A DNA stretch of 61,659 bases, filler included, from Squatina squatina (GCA_031763465.1; 3 parts of 3 records of this genome joined end to end with filler, not necessarily neighbours in it); one strand, 5' to 3'; counted from the whole stretch's first letter, positions 1 to 13,884 are shown. Notes: a model not told the origin generated them from the sequence alone. Numbers and translations: made by a program.

Positions 1-355
1 AATAACACTAAATTGGCATAAGTGGAAAATTCATTGATGATGAAATAATATGGTACTTTTCTGAGATTGGAGGTTAAGAAAGTGTGGATAGAACTTTCTG
101 TTTTGTGTTTGTTTCATGCTGTATCTAGCCTGGAAGACCTGGAAAGCAAAAGTGGTAAAGTATGCTAATCACTAGTACTGATCTCTCCCTGATGAGTAAA
201 AAATTAATTATATCTGATTTTGAATAATAAATTTAGCAAAATAATTGGAGTAAAGAAGATTAGATACAAGAGACTTGAAAATGTAGGATTACTTTTATGA
301 CCTAAATGTTTTGCACTGTACAGCTGTGGTAAAGCTGGGTTGTCCTGTTTCTTAG

Positions 356-502
356 GTCCGGTAAATGGTCCTTTAGTTCATCTGAAGCATGTAGGAAAAC
401 AAGAAGTTGAATTGATGTGGAATGAAATTCCTGTAAATGAGCAGCGTGGTTTCATCACAAATTACACCATATTTTACAAGAGTGGCAATGCAAATGAAAC
501 AA
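356..502 (+). CDS. IL6ST: gp130 / interleukin-6 signal transducer, internal exon (membrane-proximal FNIII domain)
   Basis: cttag|...A|gtaagc, 147-nt phase 1-1 exon encoding PVNGPLVHLKHVGKQEVELMWNEIPVNEQRGFITNYTIFYKSGNANET, resembling gp130 (VGKNEAVLEWDQLPVDVQNGFIRNYTIFY...NET). Orientation opposite to DDX4, as in human. Confidence 0.8.
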
Positions 503-2319
503 GTAAGCAAAAAGAGACCTTTACCTTTGTTGCTTTACATGAAATGTCTACAGTGTGATGATTTCAGAAGGTTCTTTAACTGGATGAACAAGGTTGCCAT
601 TTCAGAAATACTGAAATTACGATGTTATTTTCTGTTCTTTTACTTGTCTTGTATTAATTATTTTGATATTTCCTGCAGGATGCAGCTGTAAACATTATAA
701 GATATAAATGTGCATAAGTATATCTGCATTTAAAGTAATTAAAATACATACTATGTATAATCTTCTGCACTTAATGCGGTTTATTTTAGGATTAGATACC
801 AAGGGGTCGAAATTCATTGCCTGTTGCGCCCCATTAGTGCCTCTGAGGGGCACTAATGGGACGTNNNNNNNNNNNNNNNNNNNNNNNNNNNNNNNNNNNN
901 NNNNNNNNNNNNNNNNNNNNNNNNNNNNNNNNNNNNNNNNNNNNNNNNNNNNNNNNNNNNNNNNCTATGTGAAGTCAGAGCTCCATGCCTTCTGCAATCC
1001 TTCCAATTTACTTCCAAGTCCATCTTTTTATTTGACTTCTGCTTAATAACAAGTACTAATAAGATGACGTTGAACATGTTTATTAAACTTCCCATATTTT
1101 AAAATTATTGGTTTTATCACTTTGTTAATATTGATCATTTATATCTTACTTTAATCTTCTAAAAATTTAAAAGTAATATATAAATTCAGGAGTTGGGTTG
1201 TTCAATAATCTCCTCTGCTATTCTGTGTACATTTGAATTGTCTGAAATTATTGAAGCCTGTTATTGTAATGTATGCTGTGGTGTTTCTGGCAAAATCAAA
1301 TAATGAGAAAAAATGCCATTTATTTTGCTAAACTGATCCATTTAATCAAAGACAGTTTCAGTCAGATCCCATATAATTTATTCAGTACATTATATAAGGT
1401 CATAGATAATATTTTCTTAGCATCTTCTTTATGGCTTACATCCTTAATTTTATTAATAATCTCTTCTGCACATCCTTTCTTCCTGTTATGTTTTTCTGGT
1501 TTCGCTTCAATGATCCCTTAACTCTGCTTGTTTATTTAAATTCATGGTTCATGCTGCTCAGTACAACAGCCCCTCCAAGGAGTACAAGAAGTTTCTTCAC
1601 GTTTTTTTAAAGTTTTCTTTCCATTTTGTAATCTCTTGCAACACATGAAACTCATTATGACACTCTTTAGCAATTTGCCATGTTATCTCAACCTTGATTG
1701 TGTGATGCAACCAAAACCTTTGAAATGGATATTGTTATTGTTAAATGCAATTTTTCTAGATCTTGCTTGCGTGAAATTATCTATTGATATTAGACCAAAG
1801 CTTGGAGTACAATTACATTTTCTAATATTTCTTGAATTTATTTCCACAGACATTCCTTGCACCATTTCAATGTAAAATCACTAAACCACTTGAGCTGTTA
1901 AAAACTTTACTACATAGATAAAGTAAACTAGACAAACAATGAAAGCCTCTTCCCTCTCCCACACTTCTCACTTTCCTTCTAAAAAGTTTAATTGGTAAAG
2001 AGCAGATTGTGTAATGCAAAGCCAACCATGAGAACACTGAGGGGGAGAAATTGGTGAGCGCCACGCTGGGAGCGTTAATGCTCCGGGGCCGGGATTTTTA
2101 TCACCAACCCCTGAGTTTCATCCCTGCNNNNNNNNNNNNNNNNNNNNNNNNNNNNNNNNNNNNNNNNNNNNNNNNNNNNNNNNNNNNNNNNNNNNNNNNN
2201 NNNNNNNNNNNNNNNNNNNNNNNNNNNTGTTGTTTTATATAAACAGTACTGAAAGCCTCTCTTACTAATGTGCTGTAATTCAACATACCAAGGATTAATA
2301 AAAAAAACAAGAAAAAACA

Positions 2320-4290
2320 GAAATCCTAGACACTTTCAGCTAGTCAGGTGCAGCATCGGTGGAGAGAAGTGACAAGTTAATGTTTCAGGTATAACCTTTC
2401 ACCACAACTAGGATATATTACAGATGAACAGTTTATATATAAGGAATCCTTCAAGGGAAAGGGGGAAATACGTGCAAGAGTAGCGGAGATGATTAAATGG
2501 CAGAAGTGCTAACAACATCGGACAAAAGGAGACATAATGAGAAAAATTGGAGAAATAAAAGACATATACAAGACCCAGAAAATGTTTGAACTGTTAAAGT
2601 AGGTTAGCTAAATTGGAAAGGGGGAGCATGACAACCTGGCAAAGTGGACCAGGTTCCAATTACCCAGGAGTCTCGTGGAAGGGTAAGGCAGTTTGTTACC
2701 AGGGGTGTAGACCACCTCACCGGTGGTGTACCAATGGAGAATCCCCATCCCAAGCACCAAGCCACTCCTTCCTCCATCCACATAAGTGCTGGTACACCCA
2801 TCTTACTTTACCAACACCTAATGTCAGAAGGAAAATGGGAGCTGTGGTTAAGGTCTGTAGTTGTTGAAGTCAACAATAAGGCCAGACAGCTGCAAAGTTT
2901 CGAGTAGAAAGATAAGATGCTGTTCCTCAAACGTACATTGAGCTTCACTGGAACTGTGTAGAAGGCTAAGGACAGAGAGGTTGGAGTGGGAGTGGAGAAT
3001 TAAAGTGGTAAATGACAGGGAGCTCGGGATAGTGTTTGCATGTAGAATGGAGACATTTCACTAAATAATCACCCAAATCCCAAATCAATGTTTGAGCCTC
3101 AATTTTAACCCCAGCCTCCCACCAACCAATGTGGGGAGGGGACAGGGTTGGTGGGGGGTGGGTGTTAAAATACCAGGATTGGGTAGCCTGACACTGTTCA
3201 TGACCATATAAATTTTAGAACTTTTAGCAGTCCTTTTGGGCCAGGCTCCGGGCCACTCGAGCTTCAGCCTTTCTCCCCAGCCTTCCTGATATCTAACCTC
3301 CTCCTGATTGCTGCCCGGACCGGATGCTTCCTTCCCAGTGCCGGGTACCATCCCCTAAGGTCCTTGGCTGCAGCCTCCTGCTGCTAATCTTCATTCCCTC
3401 TCGCCAACCAGGCTGTCCGTTCGGCCGGCTGCCTGGTTGGAGGCAATCCTACAATATGTTAATGATGCCTTGCTGTTAAGATTGGCAGGGTCTCCACGCC
3501 CCAGCGTTGTTGGTTATTTGGCTGATTTCAGCCTCCCTCACACCTCCTCAGATCCCCATTAATATCAGGGCCCTTGTCTCCCCGATATAGAGGAAACTGC
3601 ACCGTGAACAGTGAATATGGCATACTAGTTTGGAAGAATTGCAAGTAAATCGTTGTCTCAACCAAAAGGAATGTTTGGGCCTCTGGATAGTGGTATGGGA
3701 GGGTCTGAAAGGGCGGGTGCTGCATCTACTGTGCTCACATAGGAAGGTGCCAGGGAAGTCGATCAGGTGTTAAAGGTGATGGGAGACTGAATTAGGGTGT
3801 CACAGAGGAAATGGACCCTTTGGATACTGAATGGGATGGGGAGGAGAAGATGTATTTGATGATAGGATCGCATTGGAGGTGAAGGAACTGGCAGAGGATG
3901 GTCTGTCTAATGCGGAGGCTGATGGGGGGGAGAAAGGGTACGGACTGAAGTACAGGAAATGGGACAGACTCTACCACGGTAGAGAGGAATCCTTGGCTGA
4001 GGATAAAGGACAACATTTCAGAAGCTCTGGTGTGTAATGTGACATTGTCAGAGCAGATGCGATGGAGATGGAGAAAGGGAGAAGGGGATCAAGCCTTTAC
4101 AAGAAGTATGGTGGTAAAAAATATAATCTAGGTATTTGGGAATGAATGAGCTTGTCATAGATATCAGTGGACAGCCTATCCCCAGAGATAGAGAAATCCA
4201 GGAAGGGAAAGGCAGAGTCAGAGATGGACCACATAAAGGTAAGAGAAGGCTGGAAAATTGAAGCAAAATTAATGAAATTCTCCACGGGTT
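2320..4290 (-). mobile_element. Degraded Penelope-like retroelement (RT, GIY-YIG endonuclease, terminal repeat), interrupted by insertions
   Basis: Minus strand reads FMWSISDSAFPFLDFSISGDRLSTDIY (RT end, ~4150-4240), LYIGET (~3575-3592) and EEQHLIF (~2908-2928). Terminal-repeat-like sequence at 2330-2410. Confidence 0.75.
3094..3573. mobile_element. MITE-like non-autonomous insertion inside the Penelope element
   Basis: GC-rich block with imperfect inverted termini (gagcctcaatttt...aatatcagggccc) and an internal hairpin at 3102-3170; it interrupts the GIY-YIG coding sequence. Confidence 0.45.
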
Positions 4291-4363
4291 AATATCTGTT
4301 AGTCCAAATTTCTCTTTTACTTTTAACAATCAATTGGCCATTTTAAAACAGCATACAAGTTAC

Positions 4364-4446
4364 CTTCCACAGAAGATGTACTTCCCTACTCCCCTGAGAA
4401 TCAAGATTTTTAATCCGTCTCCAAAGGGCTGGTCCTGTTAATGGTT
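4364..4446 (-). CDS. IL31RA-like (gp130-family) cytokine receptor, internal exon
   Basis: ttccag|...AAG|gtaact, 83 nt, phase 1-0, encoding (K)PLTGPALWRRIKNLDSQGSREVHLLWK; compare IL31RA GLELWRVLKPAEADGRRPVRLLWK. Confidence 0.75.
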
Positions 4447-5004
4447 CTGGAAACAAAGCAAGGAAGAGAAAAATAAACAAAAGAACTCTGTTAAACTTTA
4501 TTCTGATCAATCCACTTATTCCATGTTTTACTTTAATACAGAAATGCAACAAGTCATTCTTTTCATCTCGGACTTTCATTTTTGGATAGTTATTGAGAAA
4601 TTATAGTCACCTTTTTTATTTGATGTTTTCCAAGTTTCTCTTCCACTTCTGCAGGATTGTTATGATAACAAGCAATCATACATTGATGCCATCTCAAATG
4701 TAAAACTGAAGCCTTGTGTTTAATGTGCACAGTGTTAAAGAGCATGGATACAAAGAAGAAAGGAAATTGTGGAAAGGTTTAGAATGTAGAAAGAGATATC
4801 ATTTTGTTACAATTCCAAACTTTGTACATAAAAGTAATGTTCAGAGAGCAGCAAGGTCAGATGAGAAAATATGCTTATAGCAATGGAGAGCTTGGTTGGC
4901 CAGTATTGGGCCCATTGACACCAAACTGTGCTCTGTTTGAAAATTTAGCCGAAAAGCCTGAAGTCCCTATTAATATGTGGGTGTGTCAAAGTCTTAATAC
5001 ATAC

Positions 5005-5158
5005 TAGCTTCAGAAGTTAATCCCGTTTTCTTTGAACTCCAGTCACTCCAGTAGATCTGTTCTTGACCAATGCATCGCACAGCAACTGTATAGTTGGTGA
5101 AGGGTTTGAGATTCTTAAGTACAAATGAAGTATTAATAATTTCTTCTTTTTCTGTTAC
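5005..5158 (-). CDS. IL31RA-like cytokine receptor, WSXWS-motif exon
   Basis: tcttag|...A|gtatgt, 154 nt, encoding VTEKEEIINTSFVLKNLKPFTNYTVAVRCIGQEQIYWSDWSSKKTGLTSEA. Splices in frame to 4364-4446. Not in the ORF track. Confidence 0.85.
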
Positions 5159-5829
5159 CTAAGAAAATGTAATTGGTACATATAATTTACTATACATGAT
5201 TCAAACAGCTGTGTCCATGCATGCAAAATGTCATATCAATAAGAATAAGTTTTCTGAAAATATATGAGAACCGAGTGTTCAGTGTGTCTAGTTATTGAGA
5301 TTTGCATTAAATAATTCTGAAGTTCTAATTGCTTGGCTGAGCCTATGAAGTATATATTATTATTCTTAAGATAGCTGTCAAAATATAACACAATAATCCC
5401 CTCCGGTATGCTTGAGCCCATAACCTAGACTCATGCATTGCCAAAGCTGCCATCTTTCAGATGAGCCTGTTCAGTAGACATATATTCAAAAATGAGCAGA
5501 GAGTTCTTCCAGTGCCTTAGCCAGGATTCCTTTCTCAATCACCACTCAAATCACTCATTTGCTGTTTGTGGAATATTGGTCTCTTTGAATGTATTTTTCA
5601 GGTGGGGTCTAAATGCAGCTCAAAATCAGCNNNNNNNNNNNNNNNNNNNNNNNNNNNNNNNNNNNNNNNNNNNNNNNNNNNNNNNNNNNNNNNNNNNNNN
5701 NNNNNNNNNNNNNNNNNNNNNNNNNNNNNNACCTCCATACTGGTATTCTTGATATATGCCCCCATCGCACAAAGTTCTACGCTAGGAGTGCTAATTCGTA
5801 AACTCCGGTGCAAATGTCTTAGTTGCATA

Positions 5830-6110
5830 GCCTAGGCTTGTATTCCCTTGAATATAGAAGATTAGGGGTAATCTAATTGAAGTGTTTAAGAAGATTAAAT
5901 GATTTAATAGGGTAGATAGAAATTTTTTCCTCTGGTGGGCGAGTCCAGAACAAGGGGGTATATCCTTAAAATTAGAGCTAGGCTGTTCAAAGGTGATGTC
6001 AGGAAGCACTTCTTCACACAAAGCGTAGTGGAAATCTGGAACTCTATCTGCCAAAAGGTGGTTCAGGCTGGGCCAATTAAAAATTTCAAAACTGAGATTG
6101 ATAGTTTTAA
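5830..6110 (+). mobile_element. CR1 LINE 3' fragment
   Basis: GESRTRGYILKIRARLFKGDVRKHFFTQSVVEIWNS is the typical CR1 ORF2 C-terminus. Confidence 0.85.
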
Positions 6111-6690
6111 ATTGTTTACTTGTCCAATGGAACCACTTGCGCTGCATGGGAAACACTAGACGGAGTGACTTAAATTCAGTAGCTAAGTGGGGAAAAAATT
6201 AGAATTAGCATTTTCAGCACAGAGCTTTGCATCCTGAGAGTGTATATTAGGAATTTGGATGTAGAGATCAGCACATACCGTGCGTTTCTCTACCCAATAA
6301 ATTAATGGATTGAGAGTCATGCAGCGCCATTGACCTCTGAGAAAAATNNNNNNNNNNCTCCTGTCGCATGAAGCTCTGTGTCAAGAACATTACCTCATAA
6401 AACCTGCTGATACAGCCAACCTGAAACAGCCAACCTGAAACAGGCACATCAGTAATTTATAGCAAACATCAAAAAACATGAAAATAGAAATATCCAAAAT
6501 CACCTCTATACTACAGGAATTTTGTCACAATTATACCGTTGTTAAAATGGGGTAGTGAAATGTTAAAGCTATACATGCCATAGTGGAAGANNNNNNNNNN
6601 NNNNNNNNNNNNNNNNNNNNNNNNNNNNNNNNNNNNNNNNNNNNNNNNNNNNNNNNNNNNNNNNNNNNNNNNNNNNNNNNNNNNNNNNNN

Positions 6691-7090
6691 GGGTGTCCTT
6701 GTACATGAGTCACTGAAAGCCAACATGCAGGTGCAGCAAGCAATTAGGAAGGCAAATGGTATGTTGACCTTCATTACAAGAGGTGTTGAGTGCAGGAATA
6801 AAGATGCCTTGCTGCAATTATAGTTATATATAGGGCCTCGGTGAGACCACACCTAGGCTCCTTACCCAAGGAAGGATATACTTGTCATAGTGGGAGTGTA
6901 ATGAAGGTTCACCAGACTGATTCCTGGGATTGTTCTTTGGGAGGAGAGATTGAGTAGAGTTTACAAGAATGAGATGGGATCTCATTGAAACATACAACAT
7001 TCTTAGGGAGCAACAGGGTAGATGCAAGGAGGATGTTTCCCCTGGCTGGGAAGGTCTAGACCTAGTGGACAGACTCAGAATAAGGTATAG
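6691..7090 (+). mobile_element. CR1 LINE ORF2 fragment
   Basis: GVLVHESLKANMQVQQAIRKANGML... degraded CR1 RT C-terminal region. Confidence 0.8.
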
Positions 7091-7246
7091 TTAGTGCTAG
7101 TGTACTCTGGACAGGCAATACGTCTATGCGAACAATGGATTGTTGCAGCACTACATCTCCTTCAAAATTATAGATTACATTAGGAAAATAACTCAAGACA
7201 CAATAGGCTTGGTAAATCACTGAACAATATTAACCCCATCTTGCAC

Positions 7247-7252
7247 TTTATT
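7247..7252 (-). promoter_or_regulatory. Candidate DDX4 polyadenylation signal (AATAAA)
   Basis: AATAAA on the minus strand ~220 nt after the DDX4 stop codon. Confidence 0.35.
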
Positions 7253-7474
7253 TCCCAAGTCATACCGAACCCAAAAAAAACCACATTGCCAATAGCTGAC
7301 CACTGTGATACAACTTAAATATTAAAACAAAAATGTGCACAACTGAATGTAAACAATTACAATCTTCAAAATAAGTTCCCTACAAAAACAAGTCAACAAT
7401 GAAAACCTTCTTCAAAATACTAGTAACCCTTAGCGGACATTGATTTAGAGTTCCAAGCAAGCTCAGTATTGGAG

Positions 7475-7561
7475 TTAGTCCCATGCATCTTCATCTTTAC
7501 TTCCATACGTCACTGGTATATTTGTTTCGTAGCCACTGAAGTTTCTGTTCACACCCAAGCC
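7475..7561 (-). CDS. DDX4: DDX4/vasa last coding exon
   Basis: ttgcag|GGC...TAA, encoding GLGVNRNFSGYETNIPVTYGSKDEDAWD*, with the acidic W-D C-terminus typical of Vasa. Confidence 0.85.
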   Translation of the reverse strand, partial: GLGVNRNFSGYETNIPVTYGSKDEDAWD

Positions 7562-8885
7562 CTGCAACGAAAAACAAATTTGGTGATGGTGGGGAAGGCA
7601 AGAGTGAAAAGATTGTGGTTCAGCGATTATTTTTTTATTAAATCACTAGCAAACATTCCAAATATTAAATCCTTTATTAAAATGTATAGCATTCTGAAGA
7701 CCCCATTCAAAGTAACATGGTCTTGAAGAAGTGTGTACAGGTCTAATTTATAATCTAATTAGAAAATTTGAATAAACTTAATGATATGCAGACATTTCAG
7801 TTAAAGCTAGTGTGAGGGTAGAAGTAGTTNNNNNNNNNNGAGATTGGTCCTTTTCAAGTCAGTTGAAAGAACTGTTAGACCAGCAGTTCTACAAAAGCCA
7901 TAAACCTAGATTTTTGAAAAAACCCCACACCCATTAAGGATCCCACCAAAATAAATCAAAAACATAATGCCGAGATACTTCCACAGGTTCTTGCTCCCAT
8001 TCCAGGGAACAGCACTTTAACCACACACGTTAAATAACCAATTAATAACACCAGTTCAGGATCATTCCTTCTATTCAGGGGAACTATATTTCAAAGACAA
8101 CCTACATGACAGAGTTTCTATTCTTCACTATTGTTGGGATAAGACCAAGTTTCTGGGGAACAGAATTTTAGTGATATTCAAGATATTTTGAACAAACTTT
8201 TGGTACTAAGCCTGCAACAGCAACACTTCCAGCCATGTGTCCAAGAGCAGAAGCACTGAGATATGGAACAACTGTACAATTACTTTATCCCAAAGAACAG
8301 GAGCTAGTTAAATGTGGACCATGGTTCCTACATTACAACAGTGACTACACTTCAAAAGTACTTCACTGACTGAGACATCCTGAGGTGGTGAAAAGCGTTT
8401 ATAAATGCAAGCCTTTTTGAGTCAGCATCCACAGCTTTNNNNNNNNNNNNNNNNNNNNNNNNNNNNNNNNNNNNNNNNNNNNNNNNNNNNNNNNNNNNNN
8501 NNNNNNNNNNNNNNNNNNNNNNNNNNNNNNNNNNNNNNAGGTAATATTCTGTGCACAGGAGTGAGGCCTGAAAGAATATTGTCGTGCCTTGCCCATTTGT
8601 CTGGGTGTCATTTTGATAATTGAAGTTAACATCTGTAATGTCTCACCTATATCAATGACAGTCAGTAAACCAACATATGAATATTAATAAAATCAGTAAA
8701 TAATCGTAGTTAGTTCAAAATAGACCTTGGTCTTTATATCATAAGTGGCTTAGCAACAGGCTTCACAGTGGCCTGCAGCATGTCCAGTTTGTTGGCTACA
8801 TTCTGCCCTTCGTTTTTTCCTTTATATTTTACTTATGTTCAACTTCAGCTCACTACTGACTACAAAAAAAGTACATGAAACTAAC

Positions 8886-8993
8886 CTTGCGAGTATCTAC
8901 AGAAGCAAACACCTTTCCAAGTGGATTATGGTAACTGGTCCCATGAGCAGCATAAGCAAATTCCTCTAGCCATATAGGAACTTCTTGCTGGGC
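8886..8993 (-). CDS. DDX4: DDX4/vasa penultimate coding exon
   Basis: tgtag|...AAG|gttag, 108 nt, AQQEVPIWLEEFAYAAHGTSYHNPLGKVFASVDTRK (human AQQDVPAWLEE...VFASVDTRK). Confidence 0.92.
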
Positions 8994-9277
8994 CTACAGA
9001 AATAATTTCAAGTATAAATATGAACAATTGCAAAGTCATGCTAGAATGTATTCAACAAACTTGTTTAATTTTTAGTCTTTTACATCCTAGTGCACCCTAT
9101 TTTTAAAAAACTCAATACTGTTAGATACCAAACTAGAAATGAGAATGCGATGGGTTAAGTCATTCTTCCAATTCTGAACACTGAAATCTACTACAAAATT
9201 AACAAGATTTATGGACAATCAAGTCACTTGAGCTGTGTAAACATCATAAGTGTTACTTTCCACAACCTATCTACTTA

Positions 9278-9637
<360 letters not shown>

Positions 9638-10534
9638 TCATACACTTGTCATTTGTAAAATGTATCCCACTTAGACAAATCACAGCTCCCTGATAATAGT
9701 TCAACAGAAAGGCAACAATTCTAGAATTATTTTAATACATCCAAAGTACCAGCAGTCAAACAAGAACTTTTTAAAACAAATGAGGTATAGGGACCAGAGC
9801 AAATCAAGGGATATGGGGATAACACAGGGAAATGGAGTTGAGATAGAAGATCAGCCAAGATCTTGCTGAATAGCGGAGTACGCCTACTCCTGCTCCAATT
9901 TCTTCTGTTCTTGGGTTCCACGGGAGATCTTCCTGTCCAATCGAGCCAATAGCTCCGGGTGCAGGAACAGGTAATTCTGCCCAATTATCTTTAGTACTGA
10001 AACCTGGATGAGAGGAGGTTTCAGCCTTTGAATTGCTTGGCTGTACTTTGAGATATCATGAAGGCATGATTTATTATCAAAAGCAAAATATCAAATAAAT
10101 TTTTTAAATGGACATCACCAATACTTTTGAAAATGTTTGCAACTTTTTGCATATGTAAATGAAGCTTGGATTTCTCGCAAGTCCTGGGGCACTGAAGCCG
10201 AAGGGCAGAAAGGAAATTGAACTGGATACCTTGGGGGTGAAATTTAGTAGCCTCTCTGTGAAGGCATTGCAAAATTTTTTAGTGCCTTAATCGTGCCTGG
10301 CCATGGGGGCATTACAACGTTACGAAATTCGGCTTTTTTTCTAAGTTTTTTTGGAGTGTTGCATTCTGGAGACGTTAAATGCTCACTTAAGGTNNNNNNN
10401 NNNNNNNNNNNNNNNNNNNNNNNNNNNNNNNNNNNNNNNNNNNNNNNNNNNNNNNNNNNNNNNNNNNNNNNNNNNNNNNNNNNNNNNNNNNNNCTCCCTT
10501 CCCCTTGCCTGCACACTTTCTTTCTCCCTCTCAG

Positions 10535-10716
10535 GAATACGCTAGTTCTGGTTGGAACTTGAACAACATGCCAATCTTGGAACAATCCGTATTGACTCAC
10601 ATCAATGCAGACATCTCTGGGATGAAGGTTCCTTGGCTTTACGTGGGGATGTGCTTCTCCTCCTTCTGCTGGCATATCGAAGACCACTGGAGCTACTCCA
10701 TCAACTACCTGCACTG
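10535..10716 (+). CDS. KDM5A: KDM5 (JARID1) histone demethylase JmjC exon, closest to KDM5A
   Basis: tctcag|GAA...TG|gtttgt, 182 nt, [61 protein letters not shown] including the HxE iron ligands. Family is secure; paralog assignment is less so. Confidence 0.8.
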
Positions 10717-12080
10717 GTTTGTAACCTCACTGGGATTTGTTTGTTCGATCACATGGTCTCTTTCAGGCCAACTCATGCCTAACTTACTAAGAATAAGTGC
10801 AGTAATTTCCATCAAATCTAACATGCACAATTTATTGGTATCAGCTTGAAATAAATTATTTGAATTATCCTAAGTTGCTTTTTAGAGTGTTATAAAGGCA
10901 TTCATTGAAAGTAGAATCCATTTAATGTGCTTTTTCTGCTAATTGTTTTTATTTTGGATATTGTTTCTCTCCAGTGAACTGTGCAGGATTAACCAAGTTG
11001 TAGAAATTAGCTTGAGGTGTAAGATTGCAAGGGAAAGATTGCTGGATGATCAGTTTGAAGGGAAGAAAGTAAAAACAAGTCCAAGATAAGAAACAACATC
11101 TTGCCATTAATTACTTTAGCTACTAGATGTATCCTGTGCTTCCAATAAAAAAAACCTTGCATCTTCAAAAAGCTGATCAGACCTGGTTTCAAGTCATACA
11201 ATCATACTGTACAGGAGGCAGCCATTTCATTCATTGTGCCTTTGAAAGAGCTATCCCATTAGTCCCACTCCCCTGCTCTTTCCCCGTAGCCCTGAGAATT
11301 TTTCCTTTAAGTATATACCCGAATCCCTTTTGAAAGTTACTATTGAATCTGCTTCCACCACCCTTTCACACAATACATCCAGATCATAACTGCGCACAGT
11401 TTTAAAAACATTTCTCCTAAATCATATCTAAATTTGAGTAAATGCACAAGTAACATATACATCTATAATTGCTGTTATATAAATTAGCTTGAAGAAAAAT
11501 TAATGGCCAGAATCTGCTACATTTTGTAGTTAAATGTAGCATACATCATATTCATTATTTTCTGTAGTCTTTGCAACCTGAGCACTAAACTGGCCTAACC
11601 TATCTTTCTTATATATTTAAATCAACTCGACTCCATTCATTGTGCACACTCAAGCCCGAACATAGCTGCTACAGATTGCCAGATCTGAAAAGCTGTCCAC
11701 TACATTCAAAAGCTACTGCAAGTCGTAGGCATAACTGAGAAAATTACACAGTTGGGGTTTTGTTTCAATGAAAGTTGGCTCCTCCCTCAAGCTCTGGAGA
11801 CAGCAGATAGATAATTGCAACATTTACACGGAGTTAGACTGGGGACATAATGGACAACAGCTAACCTTTACTCTGATTTATAGGTTGAAGGGACTGCTAC
11901 CAAGCCAAGACTAGACAACTGCTAGTTTCAGTTTAGGCAAGTATACAGATTCAGTATGGCTAATTTGCTCAAGACTATTTCATGCTCGCTGTGATTGTTC
12001 AGTACAGATCTTAAGCACAAACCGACTTGCAAAATTAAAAATTCCTATAATATTTTGAAGTATGCTCATGGTTCAATTTA

Positions 12081-12248
<168 letters not shown>

Positions 12249-13884
12249 CTAGAAATAATGAAAGGTGGTAAATCTTAGTATGATCAACATCATGAGCTAC
12301 CACTAAACTGTATGTCCCACAGGTGGAGAGAGGAATGTCAGCCACCTAATTAACCAGTGACCATTATTAGAAAGGCCTCAAGATACATCTGAGTCTTTCG
12401 AGCCCGGGCAGTAATCTGGTAAACCAGACTGCCTGCCCTTTATAGGACCTACCCGATTTTCATTTCGTGAACGACAATGAAATATCAATTGGACAGATAC
12501 TACAAAGGGCATTCAGTTATGCTCGATTACAGCCCAGGCGGGGGACAAAAGTCTACCTTCATATCTCAAAGTAATGAGTAAAAGATGTAATGGCCGCCAC
12601 ATTCCAACAGCTTATACAGAATGTATCCTCACTAGTTATTGGATATAATTCACAGCCAGCCATTTTCCAGAGGCAGAATAATGGGGGGCAATGTTTCACC
12701 TCTTTGAAAGTCTATGCTTTTGTCTACTTGCAGCCCATGAGGGAACACACTTTCTTCCCTCAGGTGATGTAGCGAGTGAGACACTTTAGAGAGACAACCA
12801 TTTCTAACAATAAGGTTGGAGGTTCTAGNNNNNNNNNNNNNNNNNNNNNNNNNNNNNNNNNNNNNNNNNNNNNNNNNNNNNNNNNNNNNNNNNNNNNNNN
12901 NNNNNNNNNNNNNNNNNNNNNNNNNNNNCCACAAACCCCTGGATAATTTCCGGAGGCATTAACAGGGCTATAAAAAGGGGCAATTTCGGCCCCATAGTTT
13001 CAAATTGGAAATTTTCTAGCTGCTTTCCTCACTTTTAATCCTTATGTTTCCTATGTGTTAAGTTCTGATTCATTGCTGTTTTAGCCTGTACCAAAAATCA
13101 ACAAAGTATCAAGTATTATGGCAAGGTGCTGATTGAAAAGTTATAACAGCAAAATCACATTAAACACAACACTTTTAACATATTATACACAAGCAGATCA
13201 TACATAGCATTGCTCATGGGGAGTCAAATGCATAGCTTCATGGGGGCAGGGCTCAGAGTGTGGAAGGTGGGGGAGGGGTTCACATCTAGATAGAGGGGAC
13301 TTGGAAATAACTTTATAAGAGGTTCTCTCCACCTGAGCTTCACAAGTTGGATGTTTGTGAAGTCCTATAAATGAAATTAATCCACAAGGGTGTTGAAAAT
13401 TACTCTGTGGAATAACAGCATGTTCATCTACTTTCTTTGATTGAGATTTTAGCAGAGGCAAGACCAGCAAATTAAATGGCTTAACAGACACACTGATAAA
13501 ACAGACAAATGAATTTCTGGCAAATACATGAAGCATTGTACATGCTTATGGCACTGTATAATTTCAAAGCCAAAAATATGAAACACGAAAAGAATTCTAA
13601 CAATGATGGTACTTTTCTTCTCTTTTGGGATGCTCCATCTATACCATCACAAGATTCTGGGTGTTAGTTCTGCAATTTGTCAGCTAAATAATTAACTGAT
13701 TTTTATATTAAAAGTGATAATTTTGGAGGTACATGGATAGTTTTGATACTGAAGCTTAAGTAAAATTTTACAGTGAGTTTAAATGTGGAAACAATTTGTA
13801 ACACTGCTTTGTCTGTAAATATCAATGTATAAAGCAAATATCCCAGAACTGGTTTCTGCTTCATCTGTCTGCACACAATTGAAT

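Noticed and set aside
1330-1870. Coding-like minus-strand stretch (IIEAKPEKHNRKKGCAEEIINKIKD...)
   Set aside because: Multiple stops, no clear splice sites and no family I can recognise; possibly a decayed element.
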